Below, piece after piece: positions 59,941 to 64,000 of a stretch of 64,000 nucleotides of DNA. The DNA is from an uncultured Acidobacteriota bacterium. Its GTDB lineage: Bacteria > Acidobacteriota > Vicinamibacteria > Fen-336. Below the pieces are notes generated by a model. The model worked only from the letters and a program-made list of their open reading frames with translations, made no database searches and had not been told where the DNA came from. Both the position numbers and the translations under genes were made by a program. Position 1 is the first letter of the stretch; the number at the start of each line of letters is the position of its first letter. The stretch lies in contig OY970399.1 of the NCBI GenBank assembly GCA_963720545.1, forward strand, positions 2,944,001-3,008,000. The letters are read 5' to 3'.

Positions 59941-61194
59941 TCAGGTGGGGCCGGGACGGTCCTTTTCACCGGGGTCCGAGACCGAGCGCTGCGGCAGCAG
60001 CGCATTCGCGAGCAGCAGGCCCATGACGAGCGAGATGGCGCCGAGCGCCATGCTGAAGGCGGCTGCGATCGCGGGCAGCGTGTCGTTGTCGAGGAACGCC
60101 GAGACGCTGCGAAAGCCGATGCTGCCGGGCACCAGGATCAGGAGCCCGGGCGCGACCATCACCGTGCTGACGCGGCCGAAGAGCCGCGCGTAGGCATTGC
60201 CTGCCAGGCCCACTGCCAGCGCGCCGAAAAACGGCGCCACCTCGGGTCCGAAGGCGAGCCGGCCGAAGCGCGCGCCGAGGAATGCAACGATGGCGCCGCT
60301 GATGATCTGCGGGAAGTCCTTCGGCCGGCCCTTCAGCAGCACCGTGTAGGCGAGCGGCGCTATCAGCACCGCGATCCAGTCGGTCCACATCGGCAGCGGA
60401 TGGGGCACCACCGCCGGCGCCGCGCCGAAGGTGCGCAATCCGAGCTGCGTGCCGAGCGCCACGCCGAAGCCCATGGTGAGGAACGTGCCGAGAGCGCCCA
60501 TGAGCCGCGCGGTGCCGCTGATGAGGTGGCGGTTCGCGATTTCGGAGAGCGCCGTCGTCAGCGTGTATCCCGGCATCAGCACGATGAGGCCGGCCACGGT
60601 CGCCACATAGACGGACACCGGCACGCCGCTGGTCGCGAACAGCGCGGCGAGCAGCGCCGCCTGGAACGCGGCCAGCGGTTCGAAGATGCGGCGCACCGGC
60701 GCCAATTGCTGCGAGAGCAGGGACAAGAGGCCGATCGAGATGCCGATGAGCGTGCCCACCAGGATCTCGTTCAGCCCGCCGCCGAGGAAGCGTGCCGCGC
60801 CGCCCGAGGCGATGGCAAAGGCGAGCGTGGTGAATGCCTGGCCGTAGGGCAGGTTGGCTTGCAGGATCTTCTCCACCTCGAGAATGCCTTCGGCGGCCGC
60901 CATCTCGCCCGTTGCCACCTTGCGCGCCACCTGGTCGAGCCGCGACAGCTTGTCGAGGTTGACGGTGCCGGCCTCGACGCGGATCTGGAAGGTGCGCTGC
61001 TCGGTCTCCGGACCGAAGGAAATGAACAGGCCGGTCGGCATCGCGAAGGTCTGCACGCGGATGCCGAGGCGCGCGGCGATCACTTCCATCGCCCGTTCGA
61101 GGCGCGGTGCCGGATAGCCGTAGCTGTGCAGGCCGCGCGCCAGCCGCATCAGGAACGCTTCCGCGGTGCGCGGTTCGGTGCGTATCTCAGTCAT
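59941..61194 (-). CDS. ThrE-family threonine/serine exporter
   Basis: LH.YG.PA.RLE, LMPG..LT.AL.E, G.ARL, LVPGS. Confidence 0.85.
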   Translation of the reverse strand: MTEIRTEPRTAEAFLMRLARGLHSYGYPAPRLERAMEVIAARLGIRVQTFAMPTGLFISFGPETEQRTFQIRVEAGTVNLDKLSRLDQVARKVATGEMAAAEGILEVEKILQANLPYGQAFTTLAFAIASGGAARFLGGGLNEILVGTLIGISIGLLSLLSQQLAPVRRIFEPLAAFQAALLAALFATSGVPVSVYVATVAGLIVLMPGYTLTTALSEIANRHLISGTARLMGALGTFLTMGFGVALGTQLGLRTFGAAPAVVPHPLPMWTDWIAVLIAPLAYTVLLKGRPKDFPQIISGAIVAFLGARFGRLAFGPEVAPFFGALAVGLAGNAYARLFGRVSTVMVAPGLLILVPGSIGFRSVSAFLDNDTLPAIAAAFSMALGAISLVMGLLLANALLPQRSVSDPGEKDRPGPT

Positions 61195-61615
61195 CGGCGC
61201 CCGCGCCGCGGCTGCGCTTCAGCGCGCTGCGCAGCTTCTTGCCCGACAGGCGGCGCTCGCGCGCGCCGGCGGTGCTGCGCGTCGGGCGCCGCACCTTCGG
61301 CACCACCAGCGCCGCCGCGATCAGCTCGCGCAGCTTCGCGTAAGCGTCCTCGAGGTTGCGCGACTGGTCGCGCGTCGCCTGGCTGCGCAGCACCAGCCGG
61401 CCGTCCGCCCCCAGGCGGTTTGCGGCCAGCGCGCGCAGGCGGCGCAGCGCGCCCGGCGGCAGCCTGTCGATCGCGTCGAGGTCCACATGCAGCTCGACCT
61501 TCGACGCAACCTTGTTGACGTTTTGCCCGCCGGCGCCCGACGAACGCACCGCGCGCACCTGCAGCGCGCGCTCGGGAACCACGACGGACGGAGCGACGAC
61601 CAGGCCGCGAGGCAT
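61187..61615 (-). CDS. arfB: Alternative ribosome-rescue peptidyl-tRNA hydrolase ArfB
   Basis: RSSGAGGQNVNKVASKV, RDQSRN, basic tail RRPTR...RRL..KK. Confidence 0.92.
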   Translation of the reverse strand: MPRGLVVAPSVVVPERALQVRAVRSSGAGGQNVNKVASKVELHVDLDAIDRLPPGALRRLRALAANRLGADGRLVLRSQATRDQSRNLEDAYAKLRELIAAALVVPKVRRPTRSTAGARERRLSGKKLRSALKRSRGAGADD

Positions 61616-61735
61616 CGGGTGCTTATTATCGGGTCGTTTACACACCCATTGGCCGCGTGCTAACTTCCTTCGCGGTGGGAGCAACGAATGTTGATCTCCC
61701 CAGTGGACTGACTCTCTCCAGACGGCCGGGGGTGG

Positions 61736-62824
61736 ATGAAGCCGGCAGGCACCAGGGAAACTCGCGTCGCCGAACTCGTCCACCTGGGACGGGCCGCCGA
61801 CTTCGACGCCACCGCTTTCGATGCGGTTTTCCGCCAGGCCGATTCGGACGCGGGCCAGGCTGCGGTGTGGATCGCGCTGCTCGCCGCGTGGACCGGCCAG
61901 AGATTTCCCCTCGAGGAAGCGCTTGCGCTCGGCACCGGCATCCGCCGCGCGCACGCCGAGATGCTCGCGTCGCTCGGGGCGCCGGTGTCGCTGCAGACCG
62001 CGCTGCTCCATGAGCTGCACTCGCGGCGCGGGGTGCTTAACGATCCGCAGATCCTTTCGATCGGCGAGTTGGAGGCGCTGCGCGGCGGCGCCCTCGCCGA
62101 TCCCGACACCGGGCTCTACAACCGCCGTTTCCTGGAGGAGCATCTCGACCGCGAATTGAGCCGCGCGGAACGCGCCAACGCCGTCTTCTCGATCGTCTTG
62201 ATGGAGATACCCGGCCTCACCCAGGTTGCCACCAACCTCGGCGCCGAGCACGGCTCTTCACTGGTCGCGAGCGCTTCGAAGCGAATCCACGACTCGCTGC
62301 GGCTGGTGGACGCCGGCGGCCGCTTCGAAGACGACCGCTTCCTGGCGCTCCTGCCGAACACCGACATGTTCCACGGCATCGAGGTCGCCGAGCGCATCCG
62401 CCAGAACCTGTCGCGCACGCCGCTGCCGGGGAATGGCGGCCTGTCGGTCGACTACGGCGTCGCCACCTTTCCTCTCGACGGCCGCACCCGCAGCTTCCTG
62501 ATGAAGATGGCGGACATCAGGCTCTACTCGTCGCGCGAAGCGACCCGCGCGTTCACTTCGGCGCGCCGCCATCCGCGCTTCCTGGTGTCGGGAATGTCGC
62601 TGCGGCTCGGCGCGCCGCGCGGCGAGAGCGCCGCGGCCGACATCCACGACGTGAGCTTCGGCGGGCTGTCCTTCGAGTACCGCGGCAGCAAGGTGCCGCC
62701 GCTCATCGAGGGCGACCTCACACAACGCTTTTCGAGCGACATCCATCCCGTGACCTTGAGGCGCGTCAGCGTCAGTCCGTCGACCGGTGGACGGGTCCGC
62801 GTGAACTGCGCCTATGCACACTAG
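61736..62824 (+). CDS. Degenerate GGDEF domain + C-terminal PilZ protein
   Basis: DPDTGLYNRR; active site reads RFEDDRF; PilZ motifs RRHPR and DVSFGG. Confidence 0.8.
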   Translation: MKPAGTRETRVAELVHLGRAADFDATAFDAVFRQADSDAGQAAVWIALLAAWTGQRFPLEEALALGTGIRRAHAEMLASLGAPVSLQTALLHELHSRRGVLNDPQILSIGELEALRGGALADPDTGLYNRRFLEEHLDRELSRAERANAVFSIVLMEIPGLTQVATNLGAEHGSSLVASASKRIHDSLRLVDAGGRFEDDRFLALLPNTDMFHGIEVAERIRQNLSRTPLPGNGGLSVDYGVATFPLDGRTRSFLMKMADIRLYSSREATRAFTSARRHPRFLVSGMSLRLGAPRGESAAADIHDVSFGGLSFEYRGSKVPPLIEGDLTQRFSSDIHPVTLRRVSVSPSTGGRVRVNCAYAH

Positions 62825-64000
62825 CGGCAAGACTCCGAGGATGCGGCTGGTCCAGGCACCGCCGCCCGTCGCGCCGGCGCCGGTGGTGCGCGGCGGCGAC
62901 GATCCCATCACCGGCCTGCCCACCGACCCAATCGCCGCCCTGGCCGGCCGGCGCATCCTGCGGCTCGGCATCGTCTACCTGCAGGTCGGCCGTTCCACCC
63001 GGATCGAGGGGCTCTACGGCTTCCAGATCTACGACCGCATCCTGGCGCTTGCCAGCGAGAGCATCCGCGCCGAGATCGAACGCTCGCCGCTCAAGAGCCG
63101 CCTCGTCAGCATCCTCTTCTCCGGCTCCGACGGCTTCTTCGTGCTGTTCGAGCTGCCGGCGAAGGAGCACTCGCGCCTCGGTTCGCAGCTCGAGGACGAA
63201 GCCTGGCGGCTGCGCGACGGCGTCATCCGCGGGCTGGCACGCAGCCTCGGCCGCAGCACCGCCAACCTGCTGATGGTGCAGGCGAGCGCCAGCCGCGTGA
63301 GCCGCGATCCGCGGGTTCGTCCGGAGCGCAACCTGCTGCGCGCGCTCGGCGAAGCCAAGCACCTCGTCGCCACCCGCGAGACCCGCGAGCGGCGCACGTT
63401 CCTGGCCCGCTTCCGGGCGCTGGTCGCCGACGGCTCGTTGCGCGCGCGCTACCAGCCGGTGGTCGAGATCGCGAGCGGCCGGACCTTCGGCTACGAGGCG
63501 CTGATCCGCGGGCCCGAAGGCAGCGACCTCGAGTCGCCCGACGTGCTGTTCGCCGCGGCCCGCGAGGGCGGCCTGGAGCTGGAACTCGAGTCGCTGTGCC
63601 TGGAGCGCATCTTCGAGCGGCTGCCGCGCGCGCTCGCCGGCTGCACGCTGTTCGTGAACGCCTCGGCGCGCCTGCTGTCGCACGCCTTCTTCCTCGACGA
63701 ACGCAACCTCGAGAAGCTGCGGGCGGCGCACGACGACATCGTCCTCGAGATCTCGGAGAAGGAAGTGGTCTGGGACTACGCGTCCTTCCGCGAAACGCTC
63801 GACCTGCTGCGCGAGCACGGCTTCGAGGTGGCGATCGACGACGCCGGCTCGGGCTACTCGGGCCTGGAGGCGATCCTGCAGATCAGGCCGCGCTACATCA
63901 AGGTGGCGGAGTCGATCGTGAAGGGCCTCGACAGCGACCCGATCAAGCGCGAGGTGATCCTGGCGCTGCAATCGCTGGCGCGCCAGATCGACGCTTCGGT
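62814..64000 (+). CDS. Degenerate GGDEF-like + EAL phosphodiesterase (partial, runs off window end)
   Basis: Open frame not in the ORF track: DPITGLP, GSDGF, YQPVV, GYEALIRG, LFVN, LEISE, IDDAGSGYS, YIKV; start 62814 or 62841. Confidence 0.85.
   Translation, partial: MHTSGKTPRMRLVQAPPPVAPAPVVRGGDDPITGLPTDPIAALAGRRILRLGIVYLQVGRSTRIEGLYGFQIYDRILALASESIRAEIERSPLKSRLVSILFSGSDGFFVLFELPAKEHSRLGSQLEDEAWRLRDGVIRGLARSLGRSTANLLMVQASASRVSRDPRVRPERNLLRALGEAKHLVATRETRERRTFLARFRALVADGSLRARYQPVVEIASGRTFGYEALIRGPEGSDLESPDVLFAAAREGGLELELESLCLERIFERLPRALAGCTLFVNASARLLSHAFFLDERNLEKLRAAHDDIVLEISEKEVVWDYASFRETLDLLREHGFEVAIDDAGSGYSGLEAILQIRPRYIKVAESIVKGLDSDPIKREVILALQSLARQIDAS

Overview
High-GC bacterial chromosomal window, densely coding, with about 50 CDS and two tRNA genes (Val-TAC, Asp-GTC). 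Gene content suggests Acidobacteriota (Vicinamibacteria-like), which is an inference from the families present. No CRISPR array, integrase, transposase or prophage was seen. The most striking feature is a ~27 kb cell-envelope cluster (11.0-38.0 kb). It holds two Oar-type TonB-dependent barrels, each preceded by a sigma-54-type promoter, two secreted VWA-domain paralogues and two GT-C-like polytopic membrane proteins. It also holds four 'sulfatase'-TPR paralogues that all carry Thr-x-Pro-x-His instead of the formylglycine Cys/Ser-x-Pro-x-Arg motif. The rest includes peptidases (M14, M1, serine hydrolase, rhomboid), a Tat-exported PaoABC-like molybdoenzyme operon with an extra Cys-rich ORF, c-di-GMP signalling genes, a Ser/Thr kinase, an FHA-IPT protein and housekeeping genes (acpS, mrp, pcnB, rfbD, arfB, trmJ-like). 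A frameshifted MFS gene, a palindrome-rich intergenic repeat cluster and widespread apparent leaderless promoters were also seen. All product calls come from motif recognition only; no database searches were run.
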